Positions 52,597 through 61,467 of a DNA stretch of 64,000 nt are shown here, piece by piece. The stretch covers positions 192,001 to 256,000 of the forward strand of contig CAXNJO010000002.1 of NCBI GenBank assembly GCA_964202905.1. Reading direction: 5' to 3'. Each line of letters opens with the position of its first letter. Position 1 is the first letter of the stretch. The notes below the pieces were generated by a model. It was not told the DNA's origin. It saw only the letters and a program-made list of their open reading frames with translations, and searched no databases. This DNA is from Polyangiales bacterium (GTDB lineage Bacteria; Myxococcota_A; Polyangia; Polyangiales; JADJQN01). A program made the translations under genes and the position numbers.

Positions 52597-53925
52597 TCAC
52601 GGCGCGGGGCGCGGAGGCGGTTCGTCCGATCGCGTCGGGGCGCGAGGGCGCGCCGCCTCCCGCAGCGCGCGGAGCGGCGTGGCCTGCGCGAGGCGCCGGC
52701 CATCCTTGCGACGGAGCAGGCGCTGCGCGCCGTAGAGGCTGCGGTGCCCGACGAGCAGCCACGCGACGACGCAGACGATCGCGACGTGCGGCAGCGTCTG
52801 CGCGCCGAGCAGCTCGACGGCCATGATCGTGAGCGCGAGCGGCGTGTTCGAGGCCGCCGCGAACATCGCCGCCATCCCGACGCCCGCGCCGAGCGCGAGC
52901 GGCAGACCGAGCGCGCGCGCGAGCGCGTTGCCGAGCGTCGCGCCCACGAAGAAGAGCGGCGTGACCTCGCCGCCGAGGAAGCCCGCGCCGAGCGTGAGCG
53001 CCGTGAGCAGGAGCTTCAGCGCGAAGGTCTGCGGTGGGAGGCCAGGGTCCACGAACGCGCGCACGATCGTCGGCACGCCGAGCCCGAGCGCGTCGTCCGC
53101 CCCGAGCAAGCGCCACGCGACGACGAGCGCCACGCCGCCCGCGAACATCCGCACCGGGAGCCGCGGGATGCGGCGCGCGGCCTGCGCCTTCAACGCGTGC
53201 GTCAGCTCGACGAAGAGCGCGGCCACGAGCGCGACCACCGCCGCGAAGACCACCCAGCGGCCGAGCATCGGGGCCGTGAGCGCGGCGTGCGGCACCGGCG
53301 GGAAGTCGGTGTGCGCGACGCCGAGCGCCCGCGTGACGACGTCACCGACGAGCGCGGCCACGAGCGCCGGCACGAGCACGACGACGTCGAGGCGACCGAT
53401 CGTGCCCACCTCGATCGCGAAGACCGCGCCCGCGAGCGGCGTCCCGAACACCGCCCCGAAGCCGCCCCCGAGGCCCGCCGCGAGGAGCGCGTGCCGGAGC
53501 GCCGGCGCCGCACGGACGCGCTGCGCGAGCGTGTCGGCGAGGCTCGCGCCCATCTGCACCGCCGTCCCCTCGCGCCCCGCGCTGCCGCCGAAGAGATGCG
53601 TGAGCAGCGTGCCCACGAGCACGAGCGGCGCCATCCGCGCGGGGATCGGCGCGCCGCCCTCGTGCAGCGTCTCGAGCACCAGGTCGTTCCCACCGCGGAT
53701 CGACGCGCCGTAGCGCTCGTAGAAGACCCCGATCGCCACGCCCGCCAGCGGGATCGCGTAGACGAGCGCGGTGTTCCGCAGGCGCGCGTCCGTCGCGGTG
53801 TCGAGCAGCACGAGGAAGAGCGCCGACGCCACGCCGCAGAGCACCCCGACGGGCACGGCGAGCGCCGCGGCGCGCCCGATCGCCGCGACGCGGGCGCGCA
53901 GACCGGGCACGTGCGGGGCGTTCAT
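52597..53925 (-). CDS. CLC-family anion transporter, CLC-F (fluoride/H+ antiporter) type
   Basis: GNDLV, GREGT and GEVTP match the CLC-F signatures GNNLI/GREGT/GEVTP; also VFGTPLAG and NTPLA. Confidence 0.9.
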   Translation of the reverse strand: MNAPHVPGLRARVAAIGRAAALAVPVGVLCGVASALFLVLLDTATDARLRNTALVYAIPLAGVAIGVFYERYGASIRGGNDLVLETLHEGGAPIPARMAPLVLVGTLLTHLFGGSAGREGTAVQMGASLADTLAQRVRAAPALRHALLAAGLGGGFGAVFGTPLAGAVFAIEVGTIGRLDVVVLVPALVAALVGDVVTRALGVAHTDFPPVPHAALTAPMLGRWVVFAAVVALVAALFVELTHALKAQAARRIPRLPVRMFAGGVALVVAWRLLGADDALGLGVPTIVRAFVDPGLPPQTFALKLLLTALTLGAGFLGGEVTPLFFVGATLGNALARALGLPLALGAGVGMAAMFAAASNTPLALTIMAVELLGAQTLPHVAIVCVVAWLLVGHRSLYGAQRLLRRKDGRRLAQATPLRALREAARPRAPTRSDEPPPRPAP

Positions 53926-53961
53926 CGTCGGCGCGCCCCAGGACGGCTCGGCCCGCGACCG

Positions 53962-56900
53962 TCAGCAGAACAGGGCATACCCCCAACAGTCATAGTAGAC
54001 CTCGCCCGAGCAAGCGCTGGAGCATCCCGAATCGCAGGGGATGGGCGCGTCGCAAAAGCCGGCCGTCACGGGCGAGGTCGACCAGACGTTGCCGCTGCAG
54101 TACTGCACGATGTAGTTGGTGCCGGCGCCGCAGCCGTTGTCGCAAGAGCCGGTCGGCAGGTAGCGGGTATCGCCGCTCGTGCATTCGGACGGGCGCGACG
54201 CGCTCAGGGTGTAGGAACCGCTGCCGCACGAGGGGAGGGCGCCCGCGGGGCGGACGCGAACGTAGAGCGTCTCGTTCCAGGGCTCGAAGTGCGCGCGGTA
54301 GGTGGTGGGGTACGTGCCGTAGTTCGACTGGTCGTCGCGCTGCGAGTAGCTCGTCACGCCGAGGTGGCTGCCCGAGCCGCACAACACGCCGGTGCCACCA
54401 CAGTCGGCGTAGACGTCCATCACGGCGTTGCCACTCAGCGAGAGCGTGGCGACACCCGGTCCCGGACGGAACGACGGGAAGCGCACGATGATCCAGTCCT
54501 CGGTGTTGGAACCGCACCCGACGGGGAAGAACTGCCCGGTGAAGCCCGCGCTCCCGTCGACGAAGACCGAGCCGAGGTCGCCGCCGCCGCACGCGTTCGA
54601 CGCCGTCCCGTCGTTGCCGCACTCGCAGCCGTTCGCGACCGTCGCGTCGACGTCGCAGTACGTCGCGCTGCACGTGCCGATCGCGCACGAGGTGCTGCTG
54701 CCATCGCACTGGTAGGTGGAGACGTTCGCGAGCCCGGAGCAGGCGCTGATCGGCGAGCCGCCCGCGAACACGCGCGCGTCGCTCGGGCAGCCTGCGCTAC
54801 CGCCCGTGCAGTTCTCGGCCGGATCGCACGGGCCCGCCGACACGCGGCACGTGAGGCCCGAGCCCGCGAACACGTCACCGGGACACGCGGGCCCGGCGCC
54901 CGTGCAGGATTCGCCCACGTCGCAGACGCCGGCGCCCCCCCGACACGAGACGCCTGCCGCGACGTAGCCGTTGCCCGGACACGCGTTCGAGGCGCCGCTG
55001 CACGCCTCCGCCACGTCGCACACGTCGCTCGCGGCGCGGCACACGGTGCCACCCGCCGCGAAGCCGTCGGCCGGGCACGCGGCCGCCCCACCCGTGCACG
55101 TCTCGGCCACGTCGCAGCCCCCGGCCACGGCCACGCGGCACTGCGTCGCGGAGCTCACGAAGACGTTGGTCGGGCAGGCGTTCGCCACGCCGTCGCACGC
55201 CTCCGCGACGTCGCACACGCCCGCGGACGCGCGGCACTCCGTGCCCGCCGCGATCTTCGAGTCGGACGGACACGCGCCGCTGCTGCCCGTGCACGCCTCG
55301 GCCGCGTCGCACACGTCCGCCGCCGCGCGGCACGACGTGCCACCCGCCACGAACGCATCCACGGGGCACGCGTTCGACGCGCCGTTGCACGACTCGGCCA
55401 CGTCGCACACGCCCGACGCTGATCGGCACGACGTGCCCGCCGCGACCTTCGCGTCCGGAGGGCACGCGTTCGACGCGCCCGTGCACGTCTCGGCCGCGTC
55501 GCACGCGCCCGCCGAGACGCGGCACGACGTGCCCGCGCCCGCGAACCCGTCCGCCGGGCACGCCGTCGACGCGCCATTGCACGCCTCGGCCACGTCGCAC
55601 GCGCCCGACGAGCCGCGGCACGACGTGCCCGCCGACACGAACACGTCCGCCGGACACGCCGCGCTCGACCCCGAGCACGTCTCCGCCGCGTCGCACGTGT
55701 CCACCGCCGAGCGACACACCGTCGCCGCGCTGCGGAACGTGTCGCTCGGGCACGTGAACGCCACGCCGTTGCACACCTCGCCCGTGTCGCAGATCCCCGC
55801 GGCCGCGCGGCACGACGTCCCAGCGGCCTTCGGGCCCGCCGACACGCACACCGGCGCGCCGCTCCCGCAGTCGATCACGCCGTTTTCACAGGCATTTCCG
55901 GTGCTGCACGCCGCGCCCGCCGTGCAGCCGATCGCGCACATGCCGACCAGGTCGCAGCTGCCGCCCGAGCACGTCGTCCCGCTCGGCTCGTACGCGTTCG
56001 TCGGACACGACGCGAGCGTGCCGTTGCACGTCTCCGCCACGTCGCACTCGCCCGCATCCGCGCGGCACACGACGCCGTTCGCCGCGAGCGCGTCCGCAGG
56101 GCAGCCCGCGCCCGCGCCCGTGCACGCCTCGGCCACGTCGCACACGCCCGCTGCCGTGCGGCACGTCGTCCCCGCCGACACGAACCCGTCCGCGGGACAC
56201 GACGCCCCGCCGCCCGTGCACGTCTCGGCCACGTCGCAGACGCCCGCCGAGCCGCGACACGACGTGCCCGCGCTCGCGAAGCCGTCCGCAGGGCACGCGC
56301 CCGACGCGCCCGTGCACGCCTCGGCCACGTCACACACGCCCGACGCAGACCGGCACGACGTGCCCGCCGACACGAAGCCGTCCGCCGGACACGCGTTCGA
56401 CGCGCCGTTGCACGCCTCGGCCACGTCGCACACGCCCGACGCAGACCGGCACGACGTGCCCGCCGCGACCTTCGCGTCCACAGGACACGCGTTCGACGCG
56501 CCCGTGCAGGTCTCGGCCGCATCGCAGATCCCCGTCGCGCCGCGACACACGGTGGCCGCGCTCGCGAAGCCGTCCGCGGGGCACGCGCCAGCGAGTCCCG
56601 TGCACGCCTCGGCCGCGTCGCAGACACCCGCCGACGCGCGGCACGCAGTGCCCGCCGCGACGAGGGTGTCCGTGGGGCACGTCGGCCCCGCGCCGCTGCA
56701 GGCCTCCGCGACGTCGCACGTCCCGGCCGCGCCGCGGCACGTGGTGCCGGCCGCGGCGTAACCGTCCGCCGGACACGCGAACGCCGCACCGTCACACGTC
56801 TCGGCGACATCGCAGGCGCCGCCGGACGCGCGGCATACGGCGCCCGCGAGCGCGGGCGCGTCCGCGGGGCACGTCGCGCTCGCGCCCGAGCACGTCTCCG

Positions 56901-59900
56901 CCGCGTCGCAGCCGCCGCCGCTCGCGCGGCACACGGTCCCGACCGACGCGAAGCCGTCCGCCGGGCAGACGGTGCTCGCGCCGTTGCAGACCTCGGCCGC
57001 GTCACACGGTCCGGCCGAGGCGCGGCACGAGGTCCCCGCCGTCGCGGGCCCGACGGCCACGCAGACCGGCGCGCCGGTGCCGCAGTCGATCTGGCCGCGC
57101 TCACAGGGGTTTCCGGTGCTGCACGACGCGCCTGCGGTGCAGGCGCCGCACGACCCGAGTCCGTCGCACGCGCCGATCGCGCAGGTCGTCCCCGCCGGCG
57201 CGAGGGCGTCCGCGGGGCACGACGGCGAGGCGCCGCTGCAGTTCTCGCCGACGTCGCACTCCCCGGCCGCAGCGCGGCACACGACGCTGATGGGCGCGAG
57301 CGCGTCCGACGGACATGCGCCGCCGATTCCGTCGCACGTCTCGGCGGGATCGCAGGGCCCGGTCGAGGCGCGACACGCGACGCCGCCGACCGCGACTCGG
57401 TCCGCCGGACACGACGCAGCGCTGCCCGTGCAGGACTCGGCCACGTCGCACGCACCGCTCGCGGCGCGACACGGCGTCGCCGGCGGCGCGAGCGCGTTCG
57501 CGGGGCACGCGGGGCTCGCCCCGGTGCACGACTCGGCCACGTCACAGGGACCGGCCGACGCGCGGCACGCGACGCCCGCCGCGGCGAGGCCGTCCGCCGG
57601 GCAGACGGGGCTCGCGCCGGTGCACGACTCCTGCGCGTCGCACACGTCGACCGCGGCCCGGCACGCGGTCGACGGCGGCGCGAGCGCATCGGACGGGCAC
57701 ATGACGCCGACGCCGTCACACGTTTCCGCGACGTCGCACAGCCCGGCCGCCGCGCGGCAGGTGGTGCCCGCCGCGACGGGCCCCGCGGCGACGCACGCGG
57801 GGGCGCCGGTGCCGCAGTCGATCACGCCGCGCTCGCAAGCGTTCCCAGTCGCGCAGGGGGCGCCCGCGACACACGCGTTGCAGAGACCGAGCCCGTCGCA
57901 GGCGCCGCCGGGACACGTCGTGCCGGCCGCCGCGGACAGGTCCGCGCCGCACGCCGGCGACGCGCCCGTGCATGCCTCGGGCGCATCGCAGGCGTCGACG
58001 CCCGCGCGGCACGCGGTCCCCGCGCCGGCGTACACATCCGCCGGACACGCGGCGCCCGCGCCAGTGCAGGTCTCGGCCGCGTCGCAGAGCCCCGCGGATG
58101 CGCGACAGACCGTCGACGGCGGCTCGAACCCGTCGGCCGGACACGCCGCGCCGACGCCGGTGCATGCCTCCCCGACGTCGCACGGCCCGGAGGCCGCACG
58201 GCACGCGACACCGGCCGCGGCGAACGCGTCCGCCGGACACGTCGGGGACGCGCCGGTGCAGGACTCCGCGGCGTCGCAAGCGCCCGCGCTCGCGCGGCAC
58301 TCGAGGCCGGGCGCGGCGTAGCCGTCGGCGGGGCAGGCGAAGGTCGCGCCGTCGCAGACCTCGGCCGCGTCGCACGCCCCCGCGCTCGCGCGGCACGACG
58401 TCCCGGCGACCGCCGGCGCGTCCGCGGGACACGCCACGCCGAGCCCGGTACACGCCTCCGCGGCGTCACACCCGCCGACGCTGGGGCGGCACGTGGTGCC
58501 GGGCGTCGCGAACCCGTCCGCCGGGCAGACCGTGCTCGCGCCGTCACACGCTTCGGCCGCGTCACACGGCCCGGTCGCCGCGCGGCAGGACGTGCCCGCG
58601 ACCGCCGGGCCGACGGCGATGCACACGGCCGCGCCCGTGCTGCAAGCGATCTGCCCGCGCTCGCAGGGATTGCCGGTGCTGCACGGCGCGCCCGTCGTGC
58701 ACGCCGCGCAGCCGCCGAGTCCGTCACACGCGCCGAGGCTGCACACCGTGCCCGCGGCGGCCAGGCCATCGGCGGGGCAGAGCGGCGAGCCGCCCGTGCA
58801 GGACTCCGCCGCATCGCACTCGCCGGCCGCGACGCGGCACGCGACGCTCGCGGCCGCGAGCACGTCGGCGGGGCACACCGCGGTCGCGCCGTCGCACGAC
58901 TCGGCGAGGTCGCACGCACCGGCCGGGCCGCGGCACACCGTCCCGCCGGACGCGACGCCGTCCGCGGGGCATGCCGCCGCGACGCCCGTGCACGACTCGG
59001 CGGCGTCGCACGGACCGGCCGCCGCGCGGCAGGCCGTCGCCGCCGACGCGAACACGTCGGGGCACGCGGCGTCGCTGCCCGAGCACACATCCGGCAGGTC
59101 GCAGGCGTCGACCGCACCGCGGCACACGGCGCCCGCCGGCGAGAGACCGTCCGCGGGGCACGTCGCGCTCACGCCGGTGCATGCCTCAGGGAGATCGCAC
59201 GGCGCGCTCGCCGCGCGGCACGCGAGGGTCGGGGGCGCGTAGCCGTCGACCGGACAGCCGATCGCGGAGCCGTCGCACACCTCGTCGAGATCGCAGACGC
59301 CGGCCGCCGCACGGCACACCGTGCCGGCCGCGACGGGCCCGGCCCCGACACACACCGCCGCGCCCGACGAACAGTCGAAAGCCCCGATTTCACAAGCATT
59401 TCCGGTGCTGCACGGCGCGCCCGCGGTGCACGGAGCGCAGCCGCCGAGTCCGTCGCACGCGCCCGCCGGGCACACGCTGCCCGCCGCCACGAACGTGTCC
59501 GCGGGGCAGCTCGCCGCGACGCCGTCGCACACCTCGCCGACGTCGCACGCGTCGACCGCGCCCCGGCACGCCGTCCCCGCGGCCGCCACTCCGTCCGCGG
59601 GACACGCGGTGCTCGCGCCGTCACAGACCTCGGGCGCATCGCACGGACCGACCGACGCACGGCACGCGGTGCCGACCGCCTCGGGCCCGGCCGCGACGCA
59701 CACAGGACTGCCGCTGCCGCAGTCGATCACGCCGCGCTCGCAGACGTTACCCGTCGCGCAGGGCGCGCCCGCCGCGCAGCCGGGCGTGCACACGCCGCCC
59801 GCCGCGCAGTAACCGAGCGAGCACGCGGCGCCGAGCGCCGCCGGAGCGTCCGCCGGGCACGCGGACCCGACACCGCTGCACGTCTCGGCCGCGTCGCACT

Positions 59901-61392
59901 CGCCCGCGCTCGCGCGGCACGACACGGTCGCCCCCGCGAAGCCGTCGGCCGGGCAGACACTCGCGGCCCCATCGCACACCTCGGCGACGTCGCACGCATC
60001 GACCGCGGCACGGCAGGGCGTGCCCGCGATCTCGGGGCCGTCCGCGACGCAGACCGGCGCACCGCTCCCGCAGTCGATGCGGCCACGCTCGCACGCGTCG
60101 CCCGTGCTGCACGGCGCGCCGGCCGTGCAGGTGATCACGCACGCGCCCGACGCGTCGCAGGCGCCGCCCGGGCAGGGCGTGCCGACGGACGCACGCGCAT
60201 CGACGGGACACGCGCTCGCTGCGCCGTCGCAGCGCTCGGTCACGTCGCACGGGTTCGCGGACGCGCGGCACACGGCGCCCGAGGGCGCGACGCCCCCGGC
60301 GACGCACACGGGCGTACTCCCCATGCACGCGGTGCGGCCCGCGCCACATGAGTCGGGCACCACGCACGGGTCACCCGCGATGCAGGTCGTGCACCCGGTC
60401 GCGCTGCACGCGAGGCCCACGCCGCACGCCGTCCCAGGCGCCAGGTCCTCGACCGCGACGCACACGCCCGCGCCTCCAGCGCCGCAGTCGAGACGCCCGG
60501 TGCTGCACGGGTTCCCCGTGTCGCAGGTCGCGCCCTCGACGCACACGCTGCAGGTGCTCGCGCCGCCGCACACGCCTGCGCTGCCGCACGTCGTCCCGGG
60601 CGGCACGTCGTCGACCGCGATGCAAACGGGACTCCCCGAGCCGCAGTCCACGCGCCCGGTCGAGCACGGGTTCCCCGTGTCGCAGACCGCGCCATCGGTG
60701 CACACGCTGCACGCGCCGCCACCGCCGCACGCGAGGCCCGCGCCGCAGCCGACGCCGACCGGGTAGTCGTCCACCGCCACGCACACCGACCCGCCGGTGC
60801 TGCAGTCGATCTGGCCGCTCGTGCACGGGTTCCCCGTGTCGCAGACGACGCCGGGGAGGCACTCACTGCACGTGCCGCCCGGGCCGCAGACGCCGACCGT
60901 CCCGCACATCGCCACGGGGGCCGTGCTGAAGTCCGGGATGCAGAGCGGCGCGCCCGTGCCGCAGTCGATGAAGCCCGTCGCGCAGGGGTTGCCCGTGTCG
61001 CAGACGGTGCCCGGCACGCAGGTGCCGCAGCCACCGGCCCCATCGCAGCGCTCGCCGCCCGGACCGCACGACGTGCCCGCGGGCGCGAACGCCCCCGTGT
61101 CGACGCACGTCGGCGTCGGACCGCACCGCACCGCGCCGAGGTGACAAGGCGCGCCGATCGGCGCGCACGTCTCGCCCTCGAGACAGACCCCGTCGCCCGA
61201 GGCGTCCACCGGCAGGCCGATGTCCGTGACCGGCCCCGCGTCTCCCCGGCAGAAGATGCTGTCCGAGCGCCCCGGCGGGCAGCCCTCCGACTCACAGCCC
61301 GCGAGCAGCGCCACCAGCGCCCCGGCAGCGAGCGCCGGCCACCCGAGGCGAACGAGTCGGACGGCGCGCGGCGCGGCGGAGTTGGACGTCAC
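53962..61392 (-). CDS. Giant Cys-rich lipoprotein (~2,476 aa) with 46 disintegrin-like repeats and a unique C-terminal domain
   Basis: Lipobox VALLAGC; ~32-aa units CR-x5-CD-x2-E-x-C-x-G-x4-CP-x-D; uninterrupted 7.4-kb ORF. Confidence 0.92.
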   Translation of the reverse strand: MTSNSAAPRAVRLVRLGWPALAAGALVALLAGCESEGCPPGRSDSIFCRGDAGPVTDIGLPVDASGDGVCLEGETCAPIGAPCHLGAVRCGPTPTCVDTGAFAPAGTSCGPGGERCDGAGGCGTCVPGTVCDTGNPCATGFIDCGTGAPLCIPDFSTAPVAMCGTVGVCGPGGTCSECLPGVVCDTGNPCTSGQIDCSTGGSVCVAVDDYPVGVGCGAGLACGGGGACSVCTDGAVCDTGNPCSTGRVDCGSGSPVCIAVDDVPPGTTCGSAGVCGGASTCSVCVEGATCDTGNPCSTGRLDCGAGGAGVCVAVEDLAPGTACGVGLACSATGCTTCIAGDPCVVPDSCGAGRTACMGSTPVCVAGGVAPSGAVCRASANPCDVTERCDGAASACPVDARASVGTPCPGGACDASGACVITCTAGAPCSTGDACERGRIDCGSGAPVCVADGPEIAGTPCRAAVDACDVAEVCDGAASVCPADGFAGATVSCRASAGECDAAETCSGVGSACPADAPAALGAACSLGYCAAGGVCTPGCAAGAPCATGNVCERGVIDCGSGSPVCVAAGPEAVGTACRASVGPCDAPEVCDGASTACPADGVAAAGTACRGAVDACDVGEVCDGVAASCPADTFVAAGSVCPAGACDGLGGCAPCTAGAPCSTGNACEIGAFDCSSGAAVCVGAGPVAAGTVCRAAAGVCDLDEVCDGSAIGCPVDGYAPPTLACRAASAPCDLPEACTGVSATCPADGLSPAGAVCRGAVDACDLPDVCSGSDAACPDVFASAATACRAAAGPCDAAESCTGVAAACPADGVASGGTVCRGPAGACDLAESCDGATAVCPADVLAAASVACRVAAGECDAAESCTGGSPLCPADGLAAAGTVCSLGACDGLGGCAACTTGAPCSTGNPCERGQIACSTGAAVCIAVGPAVAGTSCRAATGPCDAAEACDGASTVCPADGFATPGTTCRPSVGGCDAAEACTGLGVACPADAPAVAGTSCRASAGACDAAEVCDGATFACPADGYAAPGLECRASAGACDAAESCTGASPTCPADAFAAAGVACRAASGPCDVGEACTGVGAACPADGFEPPSTVCRASAGLCDAAETCTGAGAACPADVYAGAGTACRAGVDACDAPEACTGASPACGADLSAAAGTTCPGGACDGLGLCNACVAGAPCATGNACERGVIDCGTGAPACVAAGPVAAGTTCRAAAGLCDVAETCDGVGVMCPSDALAPPSTACRAAVDVCDAQESCTGASPVCPADGLAAAGVACRASAGPCDVAESCTGASPACPANALAPPATPCRAASGACDVAESCTGSAASCPADRVAVGGVACRASTGPCDPAETCDGIGGACPSDALAPISVVCRAAAGECDVGENCSGASPSCPADALAPAGTTCAIGACDGLGSCGACTAGASCSTGNPCERGQIDCGTGAPVCVAVGPATAGTSCRASAGPCDAAEVCNGASTVCPADGFASVGTVCRASGGGCDAAETCSGASATCPADAPALAGAVCRASGGACDVAETCDGAAFACPADGYAAAGTTCRGAAGTCDVAEACSGAGPTCPTDTLVAAGTACRASAGVCDAAEACTGLAGACPADGFASAATVCRGATGICDAAETCTGASNACPVDAKVAAGTSCRSASGVCDVAEACNGASNACPADGFVSAGTSCRSASGVCDVAEACTGASGACPADGFASAGTSCRGSAGVCDVAETCTGGGASCPADGFVSAGTTCRTAAGVCDVAEACTGAGAGCPADALAANGVVCRADAGECDVAETCNGTLASCPTNAYEPSGTTCSGGSCDLVGMCAIGCTAGAACSTGNACENGVIDCGSGAPVCVSAGPKAAGTSCRAAAGICDTGEVCNGVAFTCPSDTFRSAATVCRSAVDTCDAAETCSGSSAACPADVFVSAGTSCRGSSGACDVAEACNGASTACPADGFAGAGTSCRVSAGACDAAETCTGASNACPPDAKVAAGTSCRSASGVCDVAESCNGASNACPVDAFVAGGTSCRAAADVCDAAEACTGSSGACPSDSKIAAGTECRASAGVCDVAEACDGVANACPTNVFVSSATQCRVAVAGGCDVAETCTGGAAACPADGFAAGGTVCRAASDVCDVAEACSGASNACPGNGYVAAGVSCRGGAGVCDVGESCTGAGPACPGDVFAGSGLTCRVSAGPCDPAENCTGGSAGCPSDARVFAGGSPISACSGLANVSTYQCDGSSTSCAIGTCSATYCDVDATVANGCECGNDGTASNACGGGDLGSVFVDGSAGFTGQFFPVGCGSNTEDWIIVRFPSFRPGPGVATLSLSGNAVMDVYADCGGTGVLCGSGSHLGVTSYSQRDDQSNYGTYPTTYRAHFEPWNETLYVRVRPAGALPSCGSGSYTLSASRPSECTSGDTRYLPTGSCDNGCGAGTNYIVQYCSGNVWSTSPVTAGFCDAPIPCDSGCSSACSGEVYYDCWGYALFC

Positions 61393-61398
61393 CCGCAC

Positions 61399-61428
61399 AG
61401 GCTACACGGGGCGGTCCCGCCGGTTCAA
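61399..61428 (-). promoter_or_regulatory. Putative promoter TTGAAC-N18-TAGCCT, 6 nt before GTG 61392
   Basis: Read directly on the minus strand. Confidence 0.55.
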
Positions 61429-61467
61429 TCCCCTGCCGCCCCTTCCGGGACGAGGTCGCCGGGAGAC

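Noticed and set aside
53926..53961. Fluoride riboswitch upstream of the CLC-F gene
   Set aside because: Only 36 bp and lacks the GGCGATGG...TGATG-type core; a covariance search was not run.
53962..54400. Diversity-generating retroelement target at the giant protein's C-terminus
   Set aside because: No reverse transcriptase and no template/variable repeat pair differing at adenines seen in the window.
61240..61252. RGD tripeptide (FCRGDAG) in the disintegrin-repeat protein
   Set aside because: It lies next to the lipid anchor, outside any disintegrin loop; RGD arises easily by chance in GC-rich coding DNA.
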